The notes below the pieces were generated by a model. That model made no database searches and was not told the origin of the DNA. It saw only the letters and a list, made by a program, of their open reading frames with translations. Positions 9,021 through 17,528 of a stretch of 64,000 nt of DNA are shown here, in pieces. Source of the DNA: a virus (taxonomy: Duplodnaviria; Caudoviricetes); the IMG/VR virus record IMGVR_UViG_3300020414_000008, positions 116,770 through 180,769 of that record; one strand, given 5' to 3'. The position numbers and the translations under genes are program-made. Positions within the stretch are counted from its first letter, which is position 1. The number at the start of each line of letters is the position of its first letter.

Positions 9021-9092
9021 GCTCGGTTCGTCTAACGGTTAGGACTTCAGGTTTTCATCCTGGCAATAGGGGTTCGATTCCCCTACCGAGTA
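9021..9092 (+). tRNA. tRNA-Glu(TTC)
   Basis: Acceptor GCTCGGT/ACCGAGT; anticodon loop TTTTCAT; GTTCGATTC; no encoded CCA. Confidence 0.92.
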
Positions 9093-9104
9093 CAAATAAA
9101 TGTT

Positions 9105-9731
9105 ATGTTAAGATACGATATAATAAACAAAGTAATAGAAGTAAATGGGTTTACAAAGTACCTTGAGATTGGTGTATGTAATCCTGTAGATTGTTTTGAT
9201 AAAGTTAATTGTGAACTCAAACATGGTGTCGACCCTGGCTATGAGTTTGAAGAAAACCCTGTTACATACCAAATGGAGTCCGATACGTTCTTTGAGTATT
9301 TAAGTGAACATGACCCTAATAGAAAGTATGATGTAATCTTTATCGATGGTCTACATAAATCATATCAAGTTAAAAAGGATATAGAAAATTCTTTAAGAGT
9401 TTTAAGTCCAAACGGATATATTTTATTACACGATTGTAATCCACCAACCTCACATATGGCAAGAGAAAACTACAGAACTGAATACGGGTATGAACCGTGG
9501 AATGGAACTGTATGGAAGGCGATATACAATCTAAGAACAACAAGAAAAGACTTACACGTTTGTGTTGTTGATACCGATTGGGGTATCGGTGTTGTAAAAC
9601 GTAACGACCTCTTTGATACTAAACTTGTGTGGAATCATAATGAGTTTTATGAGTTTAATATCATGGACGCAAACAGAGAAGAAGATTTAGGTTTAATTAC
9701 TATAGAACAATTTTTACAAGATGTGGGATGA
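9105..9731 (+). CDS. class I SAM methyltransferase (Methyltransf_24-like)
   Basis: YLEIGV, YDVIFIDGLH, ILLHDCNP, WNGTVWK, DWGIG. Confidence 0.85.
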   Translation: MLRYDIINKVIEVNGFTKYLEIGVCNPVDCFDKVNCELKHGVDPGYEFEENPVTYQMESDTFFEYLSEHDPNRKYDVIFIDGLHKSYQVKKDIENSLRVLSPNGYILLHDCNPPTSHMARENYRTEYGYEPWNGTVWKAIYNLRTTRKDLHVCVVDTDWGIGVVKRNDLFDTKLVWNHNEFYEFNIMDANREEDLGLITIEQFLQDVG

Positions 9732-10002
9732 ACCATATTCACCATGGAATATAAAAAGGGATTCTGAAAAAATCCTTATATTGTGGAGTCTCATTGAGAA
9801 CTCTAAGACAATGACACAGAGACAAAGAGGGGATGTGTGGGCAGTGTTACAGGGTATAATAGCATACACTGACAAAGGTATGAACTTAGAACCCCATCAT
9901 CGTAAGTATTTAAGAGAACAATGGGACAGAGCATGGAACTCCCAAAAAGATAATAAAGTAAAACAAGATATAGCAGAGTGGCTAAATGAACTACCTTTTT
10001 AA
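9721..10002 (+). CDS. hypothetical protein
   Basis: Overlap-coupled ORF. Confidence 0.6.
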   Translation: MWDEPYSPWNIKRDSEKILILWSLIENSKTMTQRQRGDVWAVLQGIIAYTDKGMNLEPHHRKYLREQWDRAWNSQKDNKVKQDIAEWLNELPF

Positions 10003-10400
10003 TGATGAAACTAATAACAACACACCCAATTAAGAAATCAGATTTAGGACTACACAACAATTTGTTTGGTGGTAAACTTTTAGCATGGATTGATGCTGCA
10101 GGAGCGGCGTTTACTACTGAGTATGTGGATAGTCCGAGACTCGTAACTGTTATGATTGATAAATGTATATTTAAGAAACCTGCTAAAGAAGGACAGTTAC
10201 TAAAGATATATGGAAAGATAAAAGAAGTTGGTAAAACATCTATAACTGCATATCTTGAAGCAAGAGCACATAATGTGTATGACGGTAATCAAAAATTAAT
10301 ATTATCCACGTCAATAAAATTTGTTAGGATTGATGAAGGTGGTGACCCTATTCCAATCCATCAAAGAATCAAGGATAAATTTGAGAAAGAAGAAAAATGA
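10002..10400 (+). CDS. acyl-CoA thioesterase (hotdog fold, YciA-like)
   Basis: NLFGGKLLAWID, LVTV, FKKP, VGKTSI. Confidence 0.85.
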   Translation: MMKLITTHPIKKSDLGLHNNLFGGKLLAWIDAAGAAFTTEYVDSPRLVTVMIDKCIFKKPAKEGQLLKIYGKIKEVGKTSITAYLEARAHNVYDGNQKLILSTSIKFVRIDEGGDPIPIHQRIKDKFEKEEK

Positions 10401-10834
10401 TTTATTGGTTTTACGGACAACCTGGCGCAGGTAAGACAACACTCGGTAACGCATTAGAAGAACGTCTAAACTTCCATCACTCACACCAAAAAACAATCAG
10501 AATAGATGGTGATGAAATGAGAGAAATATTTCAGAACAAAGATTATTCTGAACAAGGTAGACGTAACAACTTAAGAAAGGTTAACGACCTTATTCGTTTC
10601 TTACATCACAAAGGATTCACAGTTATTGTATCAGTTGTTGGTCCATATCAAGATGTAAGAGACGAGATACACGACCTCGACCCTATGATGATTTATACAT
10701 ACACAACTGAAATCAGGGGACGAGAACATTATCATACTGACGACTTAGAGATTGGTAAGTATGATGTTTGGATGAACACAGACAACAGATTAATAGAGGA
10801 TTGTATAAATGAAATACTCACTTTTCGTAGGTAG
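10397..10834 (+). CDS. adenylylsulfate (APS) kinase-like P-loop kinase
   Basis: YWFYGQPGAGKTT, IDGDEMR, DYSEQGR..N; CysC-like but short. Confidence 0.75.
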   Translation: MIYWFYGQPGAGKTTLGNALEERLNFHHSHQKTIRIDGDEMREIFQNKDYSEQGRRNNLRKVNDLIRFLHHKGFTVIVSVVGPYQDVRDEIHDLDPMMIYTYTTEIRGREHYHTDDLEIGKYDVWMNTDNRLIEDCINEILTFRR

Positions 10835-11147
10835 ATATCAACCATGGCACAATGGACATAGATGGTTAATAGACCAAAGATTAAATGAAGGTAAGAACGT
10901 TTGTATAGCAGTTAGAGACGAACACCCTGACGAAACCCACGAGTGGTACAGTGGAAAGATTGTACACAATATCAAAGCAGAATTAAACGATTTAGTAAAC
11001 GAAGGTAGGGTGAAAGTTATAGTGATACCTGACATTGAATCAATCAATTATGGTAGGACAGTTGGATACGAAGTAATCGAACACGAACCACCAAAAGATA
11101 TCTACAACATATCAGCATCAAAGATTAGAAAGGAAATGGGAAAATAG
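10809..11147 (+). CDS. minimal HxGH nucleotidyltransferase
   Basis: GRYQPWHNGH and ISASKIR motifs. Confidence 0.8.
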   Translation: MKYSLFVGRYQPWHNGHRWLIDQRLNEGKNVCIAVRDEHPDETHEWYSGKIVHNIKAELNDLVNEGRVKVIVIPDIESINYGRTVGYEVIEHEPPKDIYNISASKIRKEMGK

Positions 11148-11171
11148 TATATATTTATTTCTTTATGAGAA

Positions 11172-11516
11172 ATGAGAATGAATATAACTATCGTACCCTA
11201 CAAGTTGCCCGAATCCGTACCGACTCCAAAAGAGGAGTGTGGCTGGATTGCTCTACACGATAATAAAGCGATAGGTTGGAACTCATTACTATTTTTATCC
11301 CACAATACAGTAAAGTTTGCTAATGCATTTGTAGAAGAAGAATATAGAGGTAATGGAATCTACAGAATGTTATGGGACGCCAGATGGAAATGGTGTCAAG
11401 AAAACCTTAAAGGATATGATGTAATAACGTACTGTCTACCAACAACACTTAACTTCTACAGAGAAAAAGGGTGGTCCGAAGGACATACATCTACATTAAT
11501 GTCGTCAAAAATTTAA
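11172..11516 (+). CDS. GNAT acetyltransferase
   Basis: FVEEEYRGNGIY acetyl-CoA motif A; FYREKGW. Confidence 0.8.
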   Translation: MRMNITIVPYKLPESVPTPKEECGWIALHDNKAIGWNSLLFLSHNTVKFANAFVEEEYRGNGIYRMLWDARWKWCQENLKGYDVITYCLPTTLNFYREKGWSEGHTSTLMSSKI

Positions 11517-11568
11517 CAAAACTTTAACATTTAAAGTTTGGATATTAACGTTTTTATGCTTATCTTTA
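11512..11568 (+). promoter_or_regulatory. promoter with upstream TTTAACA-N4-TTTAACA direct-repeat box
   Basis: Repeats at 11512 and 11523, TTTGG 11537, TATCTTTA 11561. Confidence 0.65.
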
Positions 11569-11572
11569 CTAT

Positions 11573-11678
11573 GTAGTTGTGGGGACTCTAAAGTCCCTCG
11601 TCATTGAATCCAATGGACCTGACGTTAAACGGAGTAACCGATACCCCCCTCGGGGGGTGGTGAAACTAAGGAGAAAAA
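11573..11678 (+). ncRNA. putative structured 5' leader RNA
   Basis: GC-rich island with four hairpins between the promoter and an AAGGAG ribosome-binding site. Confidence 0.45.
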
Positions 11679-11846
11679 ATGAGTAAGAAAAAAGAATCAT
11701 ATCAAGACGAACTTGACTTCAACGGGGGTTGGACCCGTGGTGAAGCGAGTCATCACATTGGTAAGAAGACAACTGAACAAACTCACAAGTCTAAAAAGAC
11801 TTATTCTCGAAAGGAGAAACATAAGAAAAATTTAACAATTTCTTAA
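11679..11846 (+). CDS. 55-aa basic peptide with ArfA-like C-terminal motif
   Basis: AAGGAG site upstream; ends HKSKKTYSRKEKHKK; below the ORF-track cutoff. Confidence 0.6.
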   Translation: MSKKKESYQDELDFNGGWTRGEASHHIGKKTTEQTHKSKKTYSRKEKHKKNLTIS

Positions 11847-11887
11847 CATTAGAAATTTGGAAATAAGTAAAAATTATATTATCTTTA
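11831..11887 (+). promoter_or_regulatory. promoter with TTTAACA/CTTAACA direct-repeat box
   Basis: Repeats 11831 and 11842, TTTGG 11856, TATCTTTA 11880. Confidence 0.65.
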
Positions 11888-11904
11888 TATCGTAAGATTA
11901 AAAA

Positions 11905-14031
11905 ATGGGAAATATGTATAAATCAAATCTAAATTATTCATCCTTCTGGCTCGACAAGTCTATTTGGGACGAGGATGATGACCAATCAAAAGTAGAAAAG
12001 AAATCAAATGACTTAATGAAACTGATGTCCTACAAAAGGAGTATCGGTAACTTCGTAAGTATTGTAACAGGTGAGTCTATTCCTGTGACATTCGATGGTA
12101 GGGGTAGTGACTCTTACACCGATGGTAGAGAGGTTGTTATCTCTGCAAAATTAGACGATAAAGAATTTGACCCCGTGGTTGGTCTCGCACTACACGAGGG
12201 TTCTCACATTAAACTTACAGATTTTGATTCCCTTAAAAGTCTTATGGACCATGATGTATTTCCCGTGTCTATGCAAGATTACATCAAAAAGTTCCAAGAC
12301 AGTTCAGGAACATTCAAAGGTTATTGGTATGATACTTCAATGGGTAATGTAATAAAAGGTAAATTAAAAGACCTTCTTAACTATGTAGAAGATAGGAGAA
12401 TTGACAACTTTGTTTATTCATCCGCGCCTGGTTATAGAGGTTACTACGAGTCGATGTACAAAAAGTATTTCCACTCTAATGTAGTAGACAAGGGTCTTAA
12501 GTCTTCAGAACACAGAGACGAGACGTGGGAGTCTTATATGTTTAGATTGATTAATATCACTAACAAAAACAGAGACCTCAACGCTCTTAAAGGGTTAAAA
12601 AAGATTTGGAATCTTCTTGACCTTAGAAACATTTCAAGACTAAAAAATACAGATGACTCTCTTGAGTTAGCAGGTAAGATTTTTATGGTCATCCAAAAGA
12701 ATGTTAATGAAGATGTGGACCAAACACCACAACCACAAAAAGGTAATGGTGGTGAAGATGGTGATACTGATGGTAAGTCCGATGTATGTGATTCAGAATC
12801 TAAATCAACAGGTGATGGTAAACCAATGACAGGTAAGGGTCAAGGTAAAGGTACCGACTCTAACGGTGATGGTAAGGACGATGGTTCTACTGACAAGAAG
12901 GGTTCTATGTCAAGTGGTCAATCAAACAAGAATGGGGCAGGTGGTCAACACCAACCACTGAATGACAGACAAAAAAAGATGTTAGAGAACGCTATTGAAA
13001 AACAAAAGAAGTTTCAGAATGGTGATATCTCTAAAAAGAAAATATCTAAAGCAGATAAAAAGAAGATTGATACTCTTGACCAAGCGGATATCAAGACAGA
13101 GGTTACAGGTAAAGGTCTTGAACAAGGTTATTGGAGAAACCAATCACAAGGTGTTCAAACTTATGTTATCAACAACATGACTCAACAGTTAATTGAGTCG
13201 GGTCTGATTGACCACTTAGGTACTTGGAGAACTGATTCAAACAATGTTGCAGTTAACAAGGGTATTATGTTAGGTACTCAGTTAGGTAAGAAACTTAAAA
13301 CAAGAAACGAAGAGAGAGTTCTTCAGACTCCAAGAATGAAGAGTGGTAAGTTGAACGGTAGAATGTTACACGAGATTGGTTTCGGTAACTTTGATATCTT
13401 TGACCAAATCAACATCAATACCGCGACACCATCGTTGTTACATATATCGATTGACGCAAGTTCTTCAATGAATGGTGACAAGTGGTACAACACTCAGACC
13501 GCCGCAGTAGCAATCGCTAAAGCAGCATCAATGACAGAGAATATGAATGTTGTTATATCTTACAGAGGTATTTACTACAATAGAGAAAGTAGACAATGTC
13601 AACCTTTGATGTTGGTTGCATACGATTCGAGAAAAGATAAGTTCCAAAAGATACAAAACTTATTCAAGTTTATTTCACCAAGTGGTACAACACCCGAGGG
13701 TCTTTGTTTTGAAGCAATACTAAAAGAGTTAACTAAGACCAAGAACGGTGAAGAGAGTTATCTAATCAACTTCTCAGATGGATGGCCTGGTTTTGATAAC
13801 AGAGAAATTAGTTACGGTGGTCAATACGCAGTAGACCATACAGCAGAACAAGTCAAGAAAATCAGACAATCAGGTGTATCAGTTCTTTCTTACTTTATCT
13901 CTGATGGATACTTCGGAAACAGTAAGACTCAGTTTGAGAAAATGTATGGGAAGGACTCAGAGTTCATTGATGTAAACAATGTGACTCAGTTAGCTAAGAC
14001 ATTAAATAAAAAGTTTGAAGTTAAAATTTAA
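11905..14031 (+). CDS. vWA-domain protein with N-terminal HExxH domain (CobT-like MoxR partner)
   Basis: LALHEGSH, VEDRRID, G/D/S-rich linker, MIDAS DASSS..T(GTTP)..SDG. Confidence 0.85.
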   Translation: MGNMYKSNLNYSSFWLDKSIWDEDDDQSKVEKKSNDLMKLMSYKRSIGNFVSIVTGESIPVTFDGRGSDSYTDGREVVISAKLDDKEFDPVVGLALHEGSHIKLTDFDSLKSLMDHDVFPVSMQDYIKKFQDSSGTFKGYWYDTSMGNVIKGKLKDLLNYVEDRRIDNFVYSSAPGYRGYYESMYKKYFHSNVVDKGLKSSEHRDETWESYMFRLINITNKNRDLNALKGLKKIWNLLDLRNISRLKNTDDSLELAGKIFMVIQKNVNEDVDQTPQPQKGNGGEDGDTDGKSDVCDSESKSTGDGKPMTGKGQGKGTDSNGDGKDDGSTDKKGSMSSGQSNKNGAGGQHQPLNDRQKKMLENAIEKQKKFQNGDISKKKISKADKKKIDTLDQADIKTEVTGKGLEQGYWRNQSQGVQTYVINNMTQQLIESGLIDHLGTWRTDSNNVAVNKGIMLGTQLGKKLKTRNEERVLQTPRMKSGKLNGRMLHEIGFGNFDIFDQININTATPSLLHISIDASSSMNGDKWYNTQTAAVAIAKAASMTENMNVVISYRGIYYNRESRQCQPLMLVAYDSRKDKFQKIQNLFKFISPSGTTPEGLCFEAILKELTKTKNGEESYLINFSDGWPGFDNREISYGGQYAVDHTAEQVKKIRQSGVSVLSYFISDGYFGNSKTQFEKMYGKDSEFIDVNNVTQLAKTLNKKFEVKI

Positions 14032-14083
14032 CAATAATTTAACATTAGAAATTTGGAATTGTGAACCTAATTCACTATCTTTA
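14027..14083 (+). promoter_or_regulatory. promoter with TTTAACA direct-repeat box
   Basis: Repeats 14027 and 14038, TTTGG 14052, TATCTTTA 14076. Confidence 0.65.
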
Positions 14084-14128
14084 GAGAGTAATATTAATAA
14101 TGAGAAATAATAATTTAAAACAAAGTCT

Positions 14129-15391
14129 ATGAAAGCACAAAAATCAGTTTTTGGAAAAGTAGTTCAGATAGATGACCTCTATTTGTTCGAAGATTCGGCA
14201 GGTGTTAAGTTCAACATCCCCGAGTTCAATGAAGAGGGTACCAACCTCTATAAAAGGGTAAAGTCAGCGTGTAATAATCCTGCGAAGTGGGGTTTCAAAA
14301 TCAGAGTCAGAGGTAGACTTTCTGATGGTGAGATTGTTTACAACAGAGTTCCTGCTTCAACCGTTGAACAGAAACCCGAACCTGTTGGTAACTTCAACAA
14401 ACCTAACGGTGGTCTGATGTCTATGTTATGGGAACCAACACCAAAGGGTGTCGCTTCTAAAGAAATGACTTCAGATGTCCTTAACTTTATTCATAACGAA
14501 GTCGATGGTTTGAAACCAAAGATGTTGTTCATGAAATCTCTAAAGTGGAAGTATCTAATCAGAAACATCCTTAGAGGTAAAAATATTATGATGACAGGTC
14601 CTGCTGGTTGTGGTAAAACTATGGCAGCGAAAGCAGCGGCTAATTCCCTTGAAGGTTACAACACCTTCATTATTAACTTGGGTGCAACTCAAGACCCGAG
14701 AACAACCCTTATCGGAAATACTCAGTTCGATACTAAGAAGGGAACAGTGTTCAACTCTTCACCATTTGTGAAAGCAATCCAAACTCCAAACACGGTGGTG
14801 GTCCTTGATGAGTTGACGAGAGCACACCCTGAAGCTCACAACATCCTAATGACAGTTCTTGACCAAGGTCAAAGATACTTGAGATTGGATGAAGCCGCTG
14901 ACGCTCCTGTTATCAAAGTTGCAGATGGAGTATCCTTCATCGCATCAGCAAACATCGGTAATGAATATACTGCGACGAGAGCACTCGATAGAGCTATTCT
15001 TGACAGATTTACTGTCATTGAAATGGACACCTTGACTAAGGACGAAGAGTCTGAGTTACTTCAGATGATGTATCCTTCAGTTGATAAGGATGTTATTTCT
15101 TCTGTCGCTGAAATTACTTCGATGACAAGAAATGACGTAATGTCAGAGACTCCTAAGTTGACTAACTCATTGTCAACAAGAACCGCAGTTGAGATTGGTT
15201 CTCTACTTTATGATGGTTTTGAATTAGGTGAAGCAGCTGAGATTACAATCTATCCACTGTTCGACCAAAGTGGTGGTGCTCAATCTGAGAGAGTGTTCAT
15301 GAAACAATACATTCAGAAGTTCTTAGGTGAGACTCCACAAGACGAAGACTTGTTTAATGTAGAATCAGAAGACGTTAGTAATCCTTTCTAA
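14129..15391 (+). CDS. MoxR/CbbQ/CobS-type AAA+ ATPase
   Basis: GPAGCGKT, VVLDELTRA, SANIG, LDRAILDRF, STR sensor II. Confidence 0.9.
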   Translation: MKAQKSVFGKVVQIDDLYLFEDSAGVKFNIPEFNEEGTNLYKRVKSACNNPAKWGFKIRVRGRLSDGEIVYNRVPASTVEQKPEPVGNFNKPNGGLMSMLWEPTPKGVASKEMTSDVLNFIHNEVDGLKPKMLFMKSLKWKYLIRNILRGKNIMMTGPAGCGKTMAAKAAANSLEGYNTFIINLGATQDPRTTLIGNTQFDTKKGTVFNSSPFVKAIQTPNTVVVLDELTRAHPEAHNILMTVLDQGQRYLRLDEAADAPVIKVADGVSFIASANIGNEYTATRALDRAILDRFTVIEMDTLTKDEESELLQMMYPSVDKDVISSVAEITSMTRNDVMSETPKLTNSLSTRTAVEIGSLLYDGFELGEAAEITIYPLFDQSGGAQSERVFMKQYIQKFLGETPQDEDLFNVESEDVSNPF

Positions 15392-15402
15392 GGGTTACTA
15401 AC
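15374..15402 (+). other. 13-bp stem-loop spanning the AAA gene stop codon
   Basis: GTTAGTAATCCTT-TCT-AAGGGTTACTAAC; no U-tract. Confidence 0.5.
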
Positions 15403-15418
15403 CTCTAATATTAATACT

Positions 15419-15856
15419 ATGGCATACAACAAGTATAGATGGTGGACAAACGGTAAAAGAAAAACTCTTTCTGTAAAATCTCATCTTTGGGATAGGATAC
15501 AGAATGGTGACTTTGAATTATCTCATTATTACACAGAGGAGAAGGCTGCAAGAAAGCAGTCTTCTGACCTCTACAGTGAGATAATGAGTAAGTGTCCCGA
15601 TGGTGGTGATTATTGGGGATATGAATATGAAGCAAGACAAAAGACCTACCTAAAGAATGTTAGAGCAAACAAGTTAGCAGAAGAAGGACACAGAGACGAT
15701 ATTAAGATATTAAACAATTTTAAAAAAGAATTAGAAAAACATTTTGGTTTTTGTCTATGGGATAAACTCATGGATGAGAAACCTATGAGTACCGAAGATG
15801 TCTACGAATACTACTGTATTGAGAAGATGTTTAGAAACGGTTTGGATGTTAAGTAA
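15419..15856 (+). CDS. hypothetical protein
   Basis: YRWW..DRIQNGDF. Confidence 0.65.
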   Translation: MAYNKYRWWTNGKRKTLSVKSHLWDRIQNGDFELSHYYTEEKAARKQSSDLYSEIMSKCPDGGDYWGYEYEARQKTYLKNVRANKLAEEGHRDDIKILNNFKKELEKHFGFCLWDKLMDEKPMSTEDVYEYYCIEKMFRNGLDVK

Positions 15857-15872
15857 AAATTTTGTATATTTA
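15841..15872 (+). promoter_or_regulatory. host-RNAP-type promoter
   Basis: TTTGG-N19-TATATTTA. Confidence 0.6.
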
Positions 15873-15877
15873 AAGAT

Positions 15878-16228
15878 ATGAACCTAAAGTACGACCCCGA
15901 GAATCCATTAACGGATAAACAACTTGACGAAATAGCAGCATACGACTTTGACTTGTTTTTAGAATACTTAGATTCAAAAACAGAATACCTAAAACAGTTT
16001 AGTAGACCATTGGGTAAGTATCATTGTAAGAGGTTCGCAGCGTTAGACGCTAAAATGAGTGGTAAAGAAATTACTACTAAACTAATTAAAGACGCAGAAA
16101 AGATGGGACAGGTTGGTGACGACATTGTTCAACAAAATATTATAGACAAGATGAATGAGAAAGGTTTAGAAGAACCTGACATTATGGTTGATAATCATAA
16201 GACTCATAGGTCACAATGGTTTGATTAA
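15878..16228 (+). CDS. hypothetical protein
   Basis: ORF after the promoter. Confidence 0.65.
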   Translation: MNLKYDPENPLTDKQLDEIAAYDFDLFLEYLDSKTEYLKQFSRPLGKYHCKRFAALDAKMSGKEITTKLIKDAEKMGQVGDDIVQQNIIDKMNEKGLEEPDIMVDNHKTHRSQWFD

Positions 16229-16230
16229 TT

Positions 16231-16404
16231 ATGGGATTTAACAAAACACATTTACCGAATATAGAAGACCTTAAATCGATGGTTAAAGAATGGGGAGTTA
16301 GTGCAGTATTAAATCGATACAACGGTCCAAAGGTTGATGTCCTAATTGGGGACGTAGACGCAATGGACTACTTAGATAGTTTGGTAGAAACTAAAGAAAA
16401 ATAA
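16231..16404 (+). CDS. hypothetical protein (57 aa)
   Basis: MGFNKTHLPNIEDL..; fills the gap. Confidence 0.55.
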   Translation: MGFNKTHLPNIEDLKSMVKEWGVSAVLNRYNGPKVDVLIGDVDAMDYLDSLVETKEK

Positions 16405-16405
16405 A

Positions 16406-16756
16406 ATGAATTGGAATCGAGAAGATTTAAACGGCTTAGTGATAGACATAATCTCTGAATTAAAGGGAGTTGGATTTTCGGGTGTTGAAGATTGGGATAC
16501 ATTCGGTGACATCTTAAGATACAAACTTAAAAAATCAGGTGAGTTTGATATGTTATCAGAAGTGGTTGTGGAAACCTTCAGAGATTACACAAAATTTGAA
16601 ACAGATATGGCTCTTATGAACTTATCTGACAAAGGATTGATTCGTATGTATGTTGACGAGAACGGAAAACTTGCATATGGTCCAACAGAAAAAGGGGTTA
16701 AATTGTCCACCCTTATTAATGAAGAAAGGGACAAAAATAAAAATCAAAATAAATAA
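16406..16756 (+). CDS. hypothetical protein (possible winged helix)
   Basis: LMNLSDKGLI..YGPTEKG C-terminal pattern. Confidence 0.6.
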   Translation: MNWNREDLNGLVIDIISELKGVGFSGVEDWDTFGDILRYKLKKSGEFDMLSEVVVETFRDYTKFETDMALMNLSDKGLIRMYVDENGKLAYGPTEKGVKLSTLINEERDKNKNQNK

Positions 16757-16759
16757 ATT

Positions 16760-16960
16760 ATGAAGTATTACATTGCAAAAGTAAAAGTACATCACACGGA
16801 TGACAAGGGCAGAGTAAAAAAGTTAACTGAACAATATGTGGTTAACGCAGTGTCTGTAACTGACGCTGAAACAAAAGTTGTAAAAGACTTTGAGAATTCA
16901 GGAATTGAATTTGAAGTAGGGTCAGTAATAGAGACCAAAATCATAAAGGTAATTAAATAA
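16760..16960 (+). CDS. DUF4494-like protein
   Basis: KVK..GRVKKLTEQYVVNAVSVTDAE resembles the Bacteroidota DUF4494 family. Confidence 0.65.
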   Translation: MKYYIAKVKVHHTDDKGRVKKLTEQYVVNAVSVTDAETKVVKDFENSGIEFEVGSVIETKIIKVIK

Positions 16961-17196
16961 TGATTTTTCAAAAAGGGGACAATGTAATTGTAAAGTTAAA
17001 CGGGACTTACAGAGTAGGTTCCGTTTTACACCGAACAAGATTAAAAAGAGGTCTTGTATATAAGGTAAGACTTGAGAACGGTAATACAGTTGACGAATGT
17101 TCTGTAAATAAAGAATTGACGAGTTGTCACATCCACAGAGGATTGACAAAATCACTAAATAAAAAAGATGGACGAGAAACAGAAAAGGAAGTTTAA
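16960..17196 (+). CDS. small SH3/KOW-like hypothetical protein
   Basis: FQKGDNVIV..G.V..YKVRLENG. Confidence 0.55.
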   Translation: MIFQKGDNVIVKLNGTYRVGSVLHRTRLKRGLVYKVRLENGNTVDECSVNKELTSCHIHRGLTKSLNKKDGRETEKEV

Positions 17197-17470
17197 AACA
17201 TTCCAAAGAAAAGTTAGGAAGAGATATCCTAAAGCAAAGATTCAAAGAAACACAGATGGGTTATTTTATATATCAAGTGGAATCGGTACAGTAGTAGGTG
17301 AGGAGTTATTCATTCCACCACAAACTAAGGTGTATGACGCATGGTATTGGGCAAGTAGGTCTTGTCAAATAGAACAAAACTTTAACAGAACACATCCAAT
17401 GAAACACGATATGGCTGTTGATGAGAAAAGATTCGATAGAGTTTCTCGAAGAAATAGGAAGAAAAAGTAG
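17168..17470 (+). CDS. hypothetical basic protein
   Basis: Overlap-coupled ORF. Confidence 0.6.
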   Translation: MDEKQKRKFKTFQRKVRKRYPKAKIQRNTDGLFYISSGIGTVVGEELFIPPQTKVYDAWYWASRSCQIEQNFNRTHPMKHDMAVDEKRFDRVSRRNRKKK

Positions 17471-17528
17471 TTTTATTAATTTCAAAAAACTATTTATGTA
17501 ATATAACCAAAACTATATAAATCAGTTT

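Noticed and set aside
6770-9092. tRNA genes as prophage or island attachment sites
   Set aside because: No integrase and no duplicated tRNA 3' end seen; the tRNAs are embedded among phage genes.
11617-11668. Hammerhead ribozyme in the leader RNA (CTGACG..GAAAC)
   Set aside because: The core reads CTGACGT rather than CTGANGA, and the three stems do not assemble around it.
11905-15391. Cobalamin biosynthesis (cobT/cobS) auxiliary genes
   Set aside because: Motifs support only a generic vWA/MoxR pair; no cobN or other B12 genes are present.
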